DNA of 64,000 bases, taken from Myxococcales bacterium. Its GTDB lineage: Bacteria; Myxococcota_A; Polyangia; Polyangiales; DASUME01. Within the stretch, counting starts at the first letter, position 1. Every line of letters starts with the position of its first letter. The notes beneath the pieces are model-generated. The model was not told the DNA's origin and ran no database searches. It saw nothing but the letters and a program-made list of their open reading frames with translations. Location: the NCBI GenBank assembly GCA_047601445.1, contig JASGJH010000001.1, positions 3,936,001-4,000,000 of the forward strand. Direction: 5' to 3'. Both the position numbers and the translations under genes were made by a program. Positions 50,387 to 61,456 of the stretch are shown here, in pieces.

Positions 50387-51955
50387 ATGTACCTCTCGCT
50401 GCGCCATTGCGTCTCGTGCATCGCCCTCGCCGCGCTGGCGGCCTGCGGCAGGGCTCCGAGCGCAGACCGCGCGGGCACCGGTGTCGACGACGCACCGTCC
50501 TCCGAAGAGCCCGACGGAACCACTAGCGATCCCTCCCACGACCAAGCTGCCCCTTCACACCAAGACCCCGACCCCAACACGGACGCCAGTGTCGGTCCCG
50601 ATGGCGACGCACCCACCGACGCAGGGAAGCCCGCGGTGCGCCGGGCGCGGCCCATTCTCGACGGCACCATCACCGGCGCGATCCATGGCAAGAATCCGCC
50701 CTTCGCCATCAAGCACATCGACCTCGCCCAGGTGGGCTACGTGGAAGAGGAGTTCACGCTCGCGGGGCAAGCCACTGCCTACAAGGCCGACGGAGAGCAG
50801 GGCCTCGATGGCAAGTGGAAGGCCGTCCCGGACACGCAAGCCGCCTACAAGACCAGACTCCTGGTGCGGCGACCGGCTGCCATCGAAGACTTCAACGGGA
50901 GCGTGATGGTGGAATGGCTCAACACTACGGGCGGTCTCGACGCGGAAATCGGCTTCGGCCTCACGTCGGAGGAACTCCTTCGAGGTGGCTACGCGTGGGT
51001 GGGCGTGTCGGTGCAGCAGTCGGGCGTCGACGCGCTCAAGAGCACCGACTCCGAGCGCTACGCGGAGCTGAAACACCCGGGCGATACCTATTGCTACAGC
51101 ATCTACGCCCAGGCCGGCGCCGCCATCGGTTGGCCCGGAGACGTGGACGCCATGGGCGGCTTCCCCGTGGAGCGCTTGATCGCTTACGGCGAGTCCCAGT
51201 CGGCCATGCGCATGATCACCCACGTGAACGCGGTGCAGCCCCTGACCCACGTGTTCGACGGCGTGGTCATCCACAGCCGCGCGGGCTGGGGTGCGCCCAT
51301 CGGCAGCGAGGGCAACGGTCTGCTCGGCAACGGCATGCCCGTGCGCGTGCGCACCGACAGCGATGCGCGCGTGCTCCAGTTCTTCACCGAGAGCGAGATC
51401 TTCCTCTCACTCGGCCCTGCCTATGCCGCCAGACAGCCCGACAGCGAGCGGCTGCGGAGCTGGGAAATCGCCGGTTCCGCGCACGCCGACCAACACATGC
51501 TCGGCGACGATGCAAACGTGGGATGCGGTCCAGCCGGTCTCGTCAATGATGGACCTCAGCACTTCGTCTTGAAGGCCGCCCTGCGTGCCATGCACCACTG
51601 GCTCAAAGACGACATCGGTCCCCCACACGGAGATCCGCTTCAGGTCGACGCCGAGGGAACCGCCATCGTGCGCAACGCGGACGGGAACGCGCTGGGCGGC
51701 ATCCGCACGCCTGCCGTCGATGTGCCCATCGCCACGCTGACCGGCGAAGCCTCACCGCTGAGCCCCCAATGCTTACTATTCGGCCAGACCATCCCTTTCA
51801 CGCCGGAGCACCTGCTCGCGCTGTATCCGACGCACAAGAGCTACGTGGACCAAGTGGTCGCGGCGGCCAAGGGCGCCCGCGCAGCCGGCTTCTTGCTGCC
51901 CGAGGAGGAGGCGACCATCGTGGCCGAGGCGCAAGCCGCCGCCGTTCCAAAGTGA
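50387..51955 (+). CDS. Secreted alpha/beta-hydrolase-domain lipoprotein
   Basis: AAGGAG RBS; LAAC lipobox; YVEEEF, FNGSV.VEW.N, GESQSA, GNALGGIR.P. Confidence 0.8.
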   Translation: MYLSLRHCVSCIALAALAACGRAPSADRAGTGVDDAPSSEEPDGTTSDPSHDQAAPSHQDPDPNTDASVGPDGDAPTDAGKPAVRRARPILDGTITGAIHGKNPPFAIKHIDLAQVGYVEEEFTLAGQATAYKADGEQGLDGKWKAVPDTQAAYKTRLLVRRPAAIEDFNGSVMVEWLNTTGGLDAEIGFGLTSEELLRGGYAWVGVSVQQSGVDALKSTDSERYAELKHPGDTYCYSIYAQAGAAIGWPGDVDAMGGFPVERLIAYGESQSAMRMITHVNAVQPLTHVFDGVVIHSRAGWGAPIGSEGNGLLGNGMPVRVRTDSDARVLQFFTESEIFLSLGPAYAARQPDSERLRSWEIAGSAHADQHMLGDDANVGCGPAGLVNDGPQHFVLKAALRAMHHWLKDDIGPPHGDPLQVDAEGTAIVRNADGNALGGIRTPAVDVPIATLTGEASPLSPQCLLFGQTIPFTPEHLLALYPTHKSYVDQVVAAAKGARAAGFLLPEEEATIVAEAQAAAVPK

Positions 51956-52021
51956 CCTTAGCGGCGCAGAGCGGAGTGCAGACCACTCGCTCGAACGGAT
52001 TGCGGCGCTACTCCGCGCACC

Positions 52022-53473
52022 TCACGCCGGCACTTCGAGCTCGCTCAGCTGCAGAGGCAACGGCTCCGAATCCCGAGTGGACTCTCCGCTCGGGCGCTCG
52101 ACCTCCGTTGAGTTTGCGATCTCGATGATCACCTTGGTGCCCCGTCCGACCTCGCTCTGAATCTGGATCTGCGCACCATGGCGACTGACGATGCCAGCGA
52201 CGATCGCCATGCCGAGGCCCGTCCCCTTGGCCTTCGTCGTGTAGAGTGGCTCGAAGACCCTGGCGACGACTTCGGGCGTCATCCCGCCCCCATCGTCTTC
52301 CACGACCAGACGCGTCACACCGTTCTCGGGGCTCGCGCTCACGATCACGCCTCCCCCTTCGGTCCGCTCCTGAACCGCCTCCACGGCGTTCTGCAGCAGA
52401 TTGATCAGCACTTGCCGAAACTGGGCCTTGTCGAGCAACGGAGCTGGCATGTCATCGGAGATGCGGTTCTCGACCGAGACAGAATGAGCCGGCAACACGC
52501 CGAGCGCGTTCGAGACCAGGGCGCGCAGCGGAGTTCGCTCGAGTAGCAAGGGGCGTTCGCGCGCAAAGTCGAGCAGGTCACCCACGATGCGCGTGCATGC
52601 CGCTAGCTCCCCCTCGATCACGCCAAGAAGACGCCCGGTCCTCTCGTCGACGGACGCCGAGTCCATGCGCTTCCGCAGCACGGCGCTCGCGTTGCGAATC
52701 GCCGTCAACGGATTGCGCAACTCGTGTCCCACACTTGCGGCAAGCCGTCCGACCGCGGCCAACTTCTCGGCTCGCACGAGGGCATCACGGGACAGCGCGA
52801 GCTCCTCGCTCTTGCGACGCTCGCGGGCCGAGAGGTCTTCCACGGCTGCCTGGCGCTGGGCGATCTCCAGCATCTCTTGCTGTCCTTGCAGACAGGCGAG
52901 GATGAGCACGACGTCTTCGAAGGCGACCCAACCCGCGTGCTCGAGAAAGCGCCACCAGGTCGGGTCGGGAATTCCATAGACGGACTCGGGCCAGAAGACC
53001 TGGCGCAGCAGGTGGTCGAGCGCGACGGCTAGCGTTGCCGGGACCAACACGGTCCAATCGCGATAAAACGAGAGAAAGGCGAGTGAGCCGAACACATGAA
53101 AGTGCGTCTCGATCCTTCCTCCAGTCAGGTGGATGAGCAGGGCAGACCAAAGCATCTGAGCGCAAGCGATCACGTAGCGTGTCGTGCGAGCGCCGGGCGC
53201 GCGCCACGCGAGAAGCACGGGCAAGCTCGTCAGAACGGCCCCGAGCAGCGTTGCTGCGTACACGTGCTCATGAACAGTCTGCCTTTGGCCCGACCACCCG
53301 TAGGGCGAATAGAGAACGGCCACCCCAATCGCCGCCAACCACTGCATGACCATGAGACCGGCCAGCAGGCGATCGACTCGCCGGTAGATGTCCTGCTGAT
53401 GTTGGTGGTACAGGGCTAGCGCCCGTTGGTCGGGTGCTGCGGAGGACAGCGCAACTTCCTGAAGCTGAACCAT
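52022..53473 (-). CDS. Membrane sensor histidine kinase (RedC-like)
   Basis: Multi-TM input with ETHFHVF; VGHELRNPL, NLLQNA, TTKAKGTGLG. Confidence 0.88.
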   Translation of the reverse strand: MVQLQEVALSSAAPDQRALALYHQHQQDIYRRVDRLLAGLMVMQWLAAIGVAVLYSPYGWSGQRQTVHEHVYAATLLGAVLTSLPVLLAWRAPGARTTRYVIACAQMLWSALLIHLTGGRIETHFHVFGSLAFLSFYRDWTVLVPATLAVALDHLLRQVFWPESVYGIPDPTWWRFLEHAGWVAFEDVVLILACLQGQQEMLEIAQRQAAVEDLSARERRKSEELALSRDALVRAEKLAAVGRLAASVGHELRNPLTAIRNASAVLRKRMDSASVDERTGRLLGVIEGELAACTRIVGDLLDFARERPLLLERTPLRALVSNALGVLPAHSVSVENRISDDMPAPLLDKAQFRQVLINLLQNAVEAVQERTEGGGVIVSASPENGVTRLVVEDDGGGMTPEVVARVFEPLYTTKAKGTGLGMAIVAGIVSRHGAQIQIQSEVGRGTKVIIEIANSTEVERPSGESTRDSEPLPLQLSELEVPA

Positions 53474-53515
53474 GTTTCCCCCTCCATCGCTGCTACATGC
53501 GCTGGCCGCCCACGC

Positions 53516-54124
53516 TCACCGTGGGTCCCACAACTCACAGCCAAAGACCGAGCTCACGACGTCGCGCGCGTGGCGTCCGCTGACCCCGCTGATCAGCGCG
53601 GCCACGCGAGCGCGCCCGAGATTGTCACCCTCGTGACCGCGCGAGCCGGTGATGCCGCCGCTAAACGTCAGCAGTCCCTCAGGGTCGTACAGAAGCACCT
53701 GGCCCGAAGTCATGCTGCGAAACCTCTGGGATTCTTCACCGCGCTGGTCCTCGAACACTCGGATGCCGCCCATCGAGCGCGCGAACGCCACGATCGTGCT
53801 CTGGAGCCAGCCGGACCCGGTTCCCGCAGGCTGCGGAAACACGACGTAGGTCGACACTTGCTCCCGATGTTGCCGCACGATCCAGGCGAGTTCGTTCAAG
53901 CTAGCCCGAGTGCAGGAACACCGCGGGTGGGCGAACATCAGCAAGGTGAAGCGATCACCCCGCTTGATGGCGCTATCCTCGGGCCACGCTCGTGGCGCCT
54001 GCGCTCCAGCACCCGGCGTCGTCGCGTACATCCACAGGGCCGCGATGCCGGCGACTGCCACTGCAAGCCACGCCCCCGCAACCATGCGGATCGAAAAGCC
54101 GGGGCTTTGCGCTACGTGGTCCAC
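53516..54124 (-). CDS. redB: RedB-like thioredoxin-fold exported protein
   Basis: N-terminal TM, HPRCSCTRAS, TSGQVLLY, GGITGSRGHEGDN, VFGC; directly upstream of the kinase. Confidence 0.72.
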   Translation of the reverse strand: MDHVAQSPGFSIRMVAGAWLAVAVAGIAALWMYATTPGAGAQAPRAWPEDSAIKRGDRFTLLMFAHPRCSCTRASLNELAWIVRQHREQVSTYVVFPQPAGTGSGWLQSTIVAFARSMGGIRVFEDQRGEESQRFRSMTSGQVLLYDPEGLLTFSGGITGSRGHEGDNLGRARVAALISGVSGRHARDVVSSVFGCELWDPR

Positions 54125-54564
54125 TATTTCTTCTGAACCCGCGTGGCCAACCGCTGCGACTCCACGGCAGCCTCGTGAGAGACTTGCTTCATCCGCGAGA
54201 GCTTGGCCGACCGCGCGACCATCGAGTGAAGCTGTTGGGGCTCGTACGGCTTGAGTAGAACCAAACACGGAACTTCGCGAAAGCTCGACTGGTGCTCGGG
54301 ATAGTCGGCGTAGGCGGTCACGACGATGCCCGTGATCCCAGGATACATGCGCTGTGCAGCGCGGAGCAGGTCCACCCCCGTCATGCCGGGCATGCGATAG
54401 TCCGTGCAGATCACGTCGAAGCGTCGGCTTCCAAGCAGCTTCAGGGCCTCGCGCGCATTGGCGGATTGCTCGACCACGTAATCATCCTCGAGCAGCGCGG
54501 CGGTGGTGTCTCGGATCGCTGGCTCATCGTCGACGACGAGCACCGACACGGCGGAGGAGGACAT
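54124..54564 (-). CDS. Single-domain response regulator
   Basis: VLVVDDE, DVICTDYRMPGMTG, VTAY, LKP. Confidence 0.9.
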   Translation of the reverse strand: MSSSAVSVLVVDDEPAIRDTTAALLEDDYVVEQSANAREALKLLGSRRFDVICTDYRMPGMTGVDLLRAAQRMYPGITGIVVTAYADYPEHQSSFREVPCLVLLKPYEPQQLHSMVARSAKLSRMKQVSHEAAVESQRLATRVQKK

Positions 54565-54894
54565 GGATCGGACACTACGCGCACGGGTTCCAACTGTCAG
54601 CCGCGCAACTTCTTGCGTTGCCAATCGAGGCCGATGGGCGAGCGAGGCGCGCTCTGTTCGTACTGCCCCTGGGGGTGCAACATCTCGGGAAGCGAGAGCC
54701 GTGGCGTCCAGCCTCGACGTCACGAATGCGGGAAGACTTGAGCTGACACTATGACAATCTGACGCTCTTCGACATTTGCGCTCGCCATCTGTGAGCGGCT
54801 CTTGTGCACTGTTCCGTTCGCTCGCGACACTTGGGTGCTACTGACCTCCACAAAACCCAATGGCTTTGCTGCGACCGGGGACGCATGGAGGGGC

Positions 54895-54910
54895 TGGCCG
54901 CATTCTTGCT
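54895..54910 (+). promoter_or_regulatory. Sigma-54 promoter
   Basis: TGGCCGCATTCTTGCT followed by AGGAGG RBS. Confidence 0.7.
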
Positions 54911-54955
54911 CTCTGGTCATTGGACTTGGCGAGCTCGGACGCCAGGAGGTAATCG

Positions 54956-55525
54956 GTGCTCCAATTTTTTCCCAGAACTGCCGGACGCGCGCTTACGCTG
55001 GCACGCTCGGGCCCCAATGGTCTCGCCATGCATCGAGTGGCCGCCGCAGGGACTCCGGAATTCGCGGTCACGAGCCCAGCGTTCATCGCCAACATGGCCA
55101 TCCCGTCTTTCTACACTGCGGATGGCCGCGGCCTCTCGCCGCCCGTTCGTTGGCGAGGAGCGCCGCTCGAGGCGCGCTCGATCATGCTGGTGATCGAGGA
55201 CGTCGATAGTCCTTCCCTGCTTCCGTTGGTGCACGGCATGGCCTGGGTGGCCGGCCGCCCCCAGGGCGAGATCATCGAAGGCGCGCTGAACGCCGGCTCC
55301 GATGGCGCCCTCACGACCCTGGGCCGCAATTCCTTCCTGCGCGCGGGATATCTGCCGATGGATCCTCCGCCCGGCCACGGCCCGCACCACTACATGTTCC
55401 AGGTGTTCGCGCTCAAGAACGTGCTTCAGCTCCAGGGCATCCCGGGACGCAACGCCGTGCTCGACGCCATGCGAGGACAGGTTCTCGCTCACGGCAGACT
55501 GCTGGGCATCTACGAGCGGCGTTGA
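54956..55525 (+). CDS. YbhB/YbcL (PEBP/RKIP-like) protein
   Basis: VTSPAF, SPPVRW, ED.D.P, PPPGHGPHHYMFQVFAL. Confidence 0.9.
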   Translation: MLQFFPRTAGRALTLARSGPNGLAMHRVAAAGTPEFAVTSPAFIANMAIPSFYTADGRGLSPPVRWRGAPLEARSIMLVIEDVDSPSLLPLVHGMAWVAGRPQGEIIEGALNAGSDGALTTLGRNSFLRAGYLPMDPPPGHGPHHYMFQVFALKNVLQLQGIPGRNAVLDAMRGQVLAHGRLLGIYERR

Positions 55526-55529
55526 CCGC

Positions 55530-55916
55530 TCAGACCTTGCTCAGCGTCACTCGGAAGGCGCCGTCGGGGGCCTTCTTGATCCAGAGGTAGGGCAACGCGA
55601 TGGGGTACTTACGCTTCATCAGCTTGACCACCTGCGCCATCTCGCCTTGCTCGGTCACCTGACGGACCTCGCCCTCGAAGGTCTCGCCACCGATCTGAAG
55701 CGACACCTTGGGGCGCGCCTGCACGTTCTTGATCCACTGGCGCTTCATGTTCATCGTTTGCAGGTTCACCTGGTCACCGTCTACCGTGAACCAGATGCGC
55801 ACGCGATAGGGCTTGCCGGTCTTGCGACCGAAGTGCGTGAGCAGCAAAGTTTGCTTCTTGGAGACGCGTGCGAGGCGCGCGCTGAGCGGTTCGTTGGTGC
55901 TGACGGTCTGGGACAT
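55530..55916 (-). CDS. Deazaflavin-dependent nitroreductase-like (split beta-barrel) protein
   Basis: LLLTHFGRKTGKPY, WIKNV.A.P.V. Confidence 0.78.
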   Translation of the reverse strand: MSQTVSTNEPLSARLARVSKKQTLLLTHFGRKTGKPYRVRIWFTVDGDQVNLQTMNMKRQWIKNVQARPKVSLQIGGETFEGEVRQVTEQGEMAQVVKLMKRKYPIALPYLWIKKAPDGAFRVTLSKV

Positions 55917-56037
55917 GGGAGCTCCTGGAAGGTCGCGGAGTCGAAGCGTGGATCCAAGCCGCCCCCTTGGCAAAGTCCAAGGGCGCTGCAAGCCCCGAGC
56001 TGAGTGCAAGGCCCCCTGAGCCCAAGTCGGCGTCCGT

Positions 56038-56571
56038 TCAGTGGAAGCAAGCGTGATCGATGACGTTCACGAAGCCGCCGATCGTCGCGACGAATGCCGA
56101 GCTCAGCCCGGTCGCCAGCACCCGTGCCACACGTCGGCCTCGCGTGAGCGGCCATGGCTGCACGCCCTGTCGATCGAGCCGGCGTCTGCGCACCGCGCCC
56201 GCTACCACCAAGCCCGTGCCCACGAGGAGCGGCCCTGCCATCATGATGGGTGTCCATGCGCCATTGCAGGTGTCGCGCAGCTGGGGCGCTCCATCGAGCA
56301 AGGCGGCCCACAGGACGATCATGCCTCCCGAAGCCACCATCATGGTGCCCCCCGCGCGGACCCACCCGTCGGCACGCCGTCGCTCGAGACCAAGCGGCTC
56401 GCGAACCACCGCCGACGCGTGGGTTTCCGCCAGCGTCAGCGACGACACCTGGAGCGCCGCGCCGAAGCGCACCAGCTCCGGATCGATGGATGCTTGCGCC
56501 TCGACGCGCGCGGCCGAACTCACCAACGCAAGCCACGCGAACAACACGCATTTCAAGAGACGAGCTCTCAT
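56038..56571 (-). CDS. Hypothetical membrane protein (paralog B)
   Basis: Signal peptide plus 3 TM; similar to 56568-57167; ATGA overlap. Confidence 0.65.
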   Translation of the reverse strand: MRARLLKCVLFAWLALVSSAARVEAQASIDPELVRFGAALQVSSLTLAETHASAVVREPLGLERRRADGWVRAGGTMMVASGGMIVLWAALLDGAPQLRDTCNGAWTPIMMAGPLLVGTGLVVAGAVRRRRLDRQGVQPWPLTRGRRVARVLATGLSSAFVATIGGFVNVIDHACFH

Positions 56572-57167
56572 AGACACAACGCGTCGAGCGCGGCCGTCCC
56601 CATGCCGGTGGCCACCACGGAAGTGACGGCCACGGAGGTAGCGATGACCCGGAGGGCCCGTCGACCGGGCGTCATCGGATATGCGGTCGCGCCTTCGTCC
56701 ACGAGCCGACGCTTTCGAGCCACACCTAGGACGGTGAGTACACCACTGATGAGAAGCGGACCGGCCATGACCATGGGGGTCAACACACCTCCGCAGTAGC
56801 CAGTCTCGTCCTCCCCACCATCGGAGTTGCGCGAGACCGTCGCCCAGAAGAGCACCATCGCTGCGGATGCGGCGAACACCGGGGCGGCCCCGCGGATCCA
56901 GCCCTGGCTGCGCCGCAACTCGATGGCGTCCGGCTCCTCGAAGGCCGGCTGCGCTGGTCCGCGCGCGGAGCTCATTTGAAGCGCGCTGGTGCTGCTCGTG
57001 AGCAGTACTCGCGCCAGCGCCGGGTCCGTGGCCGCACCCACGATGATGGACGTGGTCGCCGCTGAGAGCGCCGCTGGCTCCTGTGCGTCCGCACGCGTTG
57101 CCCCGACCCTGTCGAAGCCGAGCACGAACAGCCCAGCCAACATCCACGACAGCGCGAGTCTTCTCAT
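56568..57167 (-). CDS. Hypothetical membrane protein (paralog A)
   Basis: Signal peptide plus 3 TM; shares GW.R, C.G..TP..MAGPLL and T.GRR..RV.AT with paralog B. Confidence 0.65.
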   Translation of the reverse strand: MRRLALSWMLAGLFVLGFDRVGATRADAQEPAALSAATTSIIVGAATDPALARVLLTSSTSALQMSSARGPAQPAFEEPDAIELRRSQGWIRGAAPVFAASAAMVLFWATVSRNSDGGEDETGYCGGVLTPMVMAGPLLISGVLTVLGVARKRRLVDEGATAYPMTPGRRALRVIATSVAVTSVVATGMGTAALDALCL

Positions 57168-57298
57168 GGCCGTCCCCCGTCTCTACCCATGATCGGCGCA
57201 CTCAACCTACGGGCAGGTCGCCGCTATTCCCGGCCGGCCGCAATGGTCACGGGTCTTACCGCATCCGAGGGTAAGATATGGGTTCGTTCACCCCAACC

Positions 57299-60200
57299 TC
57301 AGTGCTGGCGTGTGAGATACCCGGTCAGCATCGTGGCGACCACCAGGAGCAGTTCGCTGGGATCGATGGGCTTTGCCAGGTGCATGTTGAAGCCCGCCCG
57401 CAGAGCCTTGCTGCGATCCTCACCCCGCGCGTAGGCCGTGAGGGCGAGCGCTGGAACGGCGCCGCCTCGCTCGCGCGAGAACTGGCGGATGCGGCGGATC
57501 AAGGAATAGCCATCCTCGTCGGGCATACCGATGTCCGAGAGTAAGACGTCGAAGTTTTTGCTCTCGAACAGGGCGAGCGCCTCGGCCGCACTGCCCGCGG
57601 TGGTCACGTCGGCTTCGCACTGCTCGAGCACGAAGCGCAGCAGATCCCGCGTCTCGGGCTCGTCGTCGACCACCAGTACGTGAAGTCCGCTGAGCTCGGG
57701 CGGACACTCGAACAACCTCCCTTCGGGCGCTCCGCTCTCCGGCTTGCGTGTGTCGGCCCGCTCCTTGCGCAACGGTGCCGTGGGCAGGCGCACCACGAAG
57801 CGCGCGCCCCGCCCCTTCCCTTCGCTCTCCGCCGCCACGGTGCCGCCGTGCAGCTCCACCAGCGAGCGCACGATGGCGAGCCCGAGTCCGAGCCCACCGA
57901 CACGACGCGAGAAGGAGGGATCCGCCTGACGGAAGCGCTCGAATACGAAGGGCAGGAAGTCGGGCTCGATGCCCTCTCCGTTGTCGGCGACGCCTACCTC
58001 CACATGAGACTGCTCACGACGCAGCCAAATCTGCACGCGTCCCCCCTTGGGCGTGAACTTGATCGCGTTGGACAGGAGGTTCCACACCACCTGCTGCAGG
58101 CGATCGGCATCGCCCACGATGGTGGCGTGCGAGTCGAGCACGGGTTGAAGCCGCACTCCCTTGGCGTCCGCTGCGGGCCGCACGGCGTCGATGGCCGCGG
58201 CCACCACCTTGACCATCTCGAGCGGTCCGACGCTGAGTACGAGCTTGCCCTGTTCAACGCGCGAGAGGTCGAGCATGTCTTCGATGAGGCGTGCCTGCAG
58301 GCTGGCGTTGCGCTCCACCGTCTCGAGCGCTTGCGCGGTACGCTCGGGACTGAGCGCCCCCTTCCGTAGCAGAGAAGCCCAGCCCACGATCGAGTTGAGT
58401 GGCGTGCGCAGCTCGTGGCTGAGCGTGTTCAAGAACTCGTCCTTGGCTCGACTGGCCTGCTCGGCCGCGGCGCGCAGGGCCTCCACCTTGCGGCGCGCCA
58501 GCACCTGTTCGGTGATCTCGACCGCGACCACCACCACGGCCGGCGCGCCCACGGTGTTGGCGAGACGTTGTGCCCCCACGGTGAAGTACGCTCCGCGCAG
58601 CGAGCCGCGGCGCTCCAGGTCCACGTGCAGCTCCGGCTCGCGGTAGGCCTCTCCCGTGTGGAACACGCGCTCCAGCACTTCGATGATTCCATGCCCCTCC
58701 AGCTCGGGAAATACGGCCCGCAGGGGCTTCCCCAGAATGCCTTGCCGGTCGACCATCTCGCTATACGCGGCGTTGGCCACCTCGAAGCGCAGCTCGTCGC
58801 CCGCGAGTACCGCGATGGGCACTGGCGCCTGCATGAACGCGTCGTAGAGACGCGCCCGCTCCTGCTCTGCCGCGCGCCGCAGGCGGGACAGCTGCACGTG
58901 AGTGCTCACGCGCGCCGTGAGCTCGCGCGCCGAGAAGGGCTTGACGAGATAGTCATCGGCGCCGGATTCCAGGCCCTCTACGCGGGACTCCTCCCCGGCA
59001 CGCGCCGATAGCATGATCACCGGCACGTGGCGCGTGCGCTCGTCGTGCTTGAGCGAGCGCAGCACGCCGAAGCCATCCAGGTTGGGCATCATCACGTCCG
59101 TGAGCACCAGATCGGGCGGATTTTCCAGCGCCGCCGTCACCGCCTGCACACCGTCCTCCACCGCCTGCACGGTCCAGCGTTCCTTCAGCAGGCGCTGCAC
59201 GTACTCACGCATGTCCGCGTTGTCGTCTGCGAGCAGCACGCGACCTCCGGACTCCTGCGCGGGCAACTCCCCCGCGAGCAGTTCCGCCGGCGCCGTCAGC
59301 TCCTGCTCCCGCTCACCCCCCGGAAGCCAACGCTGCGCCTCCTGAATGAAGGGAGCTGCGCCCACGGCCGTGGAGCCGAGCGCGCGCCTCGAGTTGATGC
59401 GCTCCTGGGGCAGGTGCAAATGACCGCGCGGAATCGCCACGCTGAAGGTGGTGCCCACGCCCTGTTCGCTCGCGACCGAGATGGTGCCCCCGTGCAGACG
59501 CACTAGCTCATTCACCAATGCCAAGCCGATGCCCGACCCCTCGTGCGTGCGTGAGCGGGTGCCCTGCACCCGGTGGAAGCGCTTGAACACGTTGCCCAGC
59601 TCGTGGGCCGGAATGCCGGCTCCGGTGTCGGCGACCTTCAGGCGCGCATGCTCATCGACGAGCTCGAGCGATACGCGAATGCTGCCGTCGAACGTGAACT
59701 TCAGGGCGTTCGAGAGCAGATTGAGGACGATCTTCTCCCACATGTCGTGGTCGACGTAGAAGGGCTCGGGCAACGGCGTGAGCTCCACCTCGAAGCGCAA
59801 CCCGGCGCGCTCGATGGCAGAACGGAAGGCGCTCGCCAGAATCCGCCGTGAGGGCCGAGAAGATCCGTGGACTCGTAGCTGGCGTCGGCACGGCCAGCCT
59901 CGATGCGCGAGAAATCGAGCAATGCGTTCACCAACTTCAAGAGGCGCAACGCGTTGCGGTAGGCGGTGTCGAGGTTCTTGGGGGAGATGCTGCGCTCGCG
60001 CGACGAGACGGCGTCTTCGAGCGGACCGAGCATCAAGGTGAGTGGCGTACGAAACTCGTGGCTCACGTTGCTGAAGAAGGCCGTCTTCGCGCGGTCGATC
60101 TCCGCGAGTGCCTCCGCGCGTTTGCGCTCCTGGTCGTAGGCCTCGGCGTTGGCCACGCTGGCCGTGATTTGCCCGGCGACCAAGCTCACGAAGCCGCGGT

Positions 60201-61134
60201 AGCCATCGTCGTAGAGGCGAAACGGGTTCAATCCCACGATCAGCACGCCGGCGTAGCCAGCTTCACTGGGGCTTGCGATGGGCGCCAGCGCAGCCTGGCC
60301 GGGTGCAGTGGACGATGCTCCGATTGGGAGCGGCGCAAAGCGGCCCTGGATGTCGTCCACCACGCGCATGGTCTGACTCGACAGCACCTCCGAGATGGGC
60401 CACGGCTCAACCGCTCCTAGCGAGATGCGCGTGGGCGCCGCGGGATGTCCAATCGGCAGACCGACGGATCCCTTGAGCTCGACGCAGCCGCGTTCCCGGT
60501 CCGCCAGGTAGATCAGGGCGAAGGGGAGATCCGACGGGTTCGTCCCCAGGGCACGCGCAGCGCGCGCGCAAGCATCCTGAGTGTCCCGCGCGTCCGCGGT
60601 GCCCTGGGAGAGCTCACGCAGCAAGCCGAGCTGGCGCTCGCCGATGATGCGCTGAGTGTCGTCGCTGTTGGCGCAGAGAATACCGCCCGTGCCGCCGGCA
60701 TCATTGGGGACCGGGCTGTAAGAAAAGGTGTAGTAAGTCTCCTCGGGATAGCCGTTGCGCTCCATGATCAAGCGCAGAGCTTCGTCGTAGGTGCCCTCGT
60801 TCTTGAGCATGGCGGAGCGCGCGCGTGGCCCCGCCTCCTCCCAGATCTCCTTCCAGACCACGGACGCGGGCTGTCCGAGTGCGGTCGGATGCTTGCCCCC
60901 CACGATCGACTTGTACGCATCGTTGTAGAGGTTGATCAGCTCGTCTCCCCACCACACGAACATGGGTTGCCGCGACGTGAGGATGATGCGGACACAGGTC
61001 CTCAAGCTCTGTGGCCACGAGTGCACGGGGCCAAGCGAGGTCTTCGCCCAGTCGAACTCGCGCATGCGCGCGCCCATCTCGCCGCCGCCCGCAAAGACCG
61101 TCGCCGCGTTGCTCTGCCCACCTGCTGTAGACAT
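57299..61134 (-). CDS. Large hybrid kinase (PAS-like-GAF-HK-REC-PAS-HK-REC), with two +1 indels near 59840 and 59860
   Basis: DWAKTSLGP...WPQSL N-terminus; two H-boxes (SHEFRTPL, SHELRTPL) and two REC domains. Removing two T's restores STDLSALTADLASAFRSAIERAGLRF. Confidence 0.9.
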
Positions 61135-61456
61135 CTCGATACCCTTCGCAGAGGAGATCCTCCTCTCATGTAAAGGCTCTGCGTCGAGATGCATCCGTAA
61201 AACGTCGAGAAAGCGCGCAGGATAGGCCGTTCCGCGCGAGCTCGCGGCGAGCCAAACAGAGTTCGGTTGCGGCAAAATGCGTCGGTGTGGCGAACGCGCG
61301 AGGCCCTCTCGAGGCGAAAAGCGACCTCACGGCTCGATTGAGTCGGCAGCAGACCGCCGAGCCGCGGTTCGACATGACCCGGATGCGCCGCCCTTTGGAG
61401 GCGGTTCGCGGGACTGTGAGATCGCGATCGCGGGCTCACCACGCTCAGCGCGGGGC

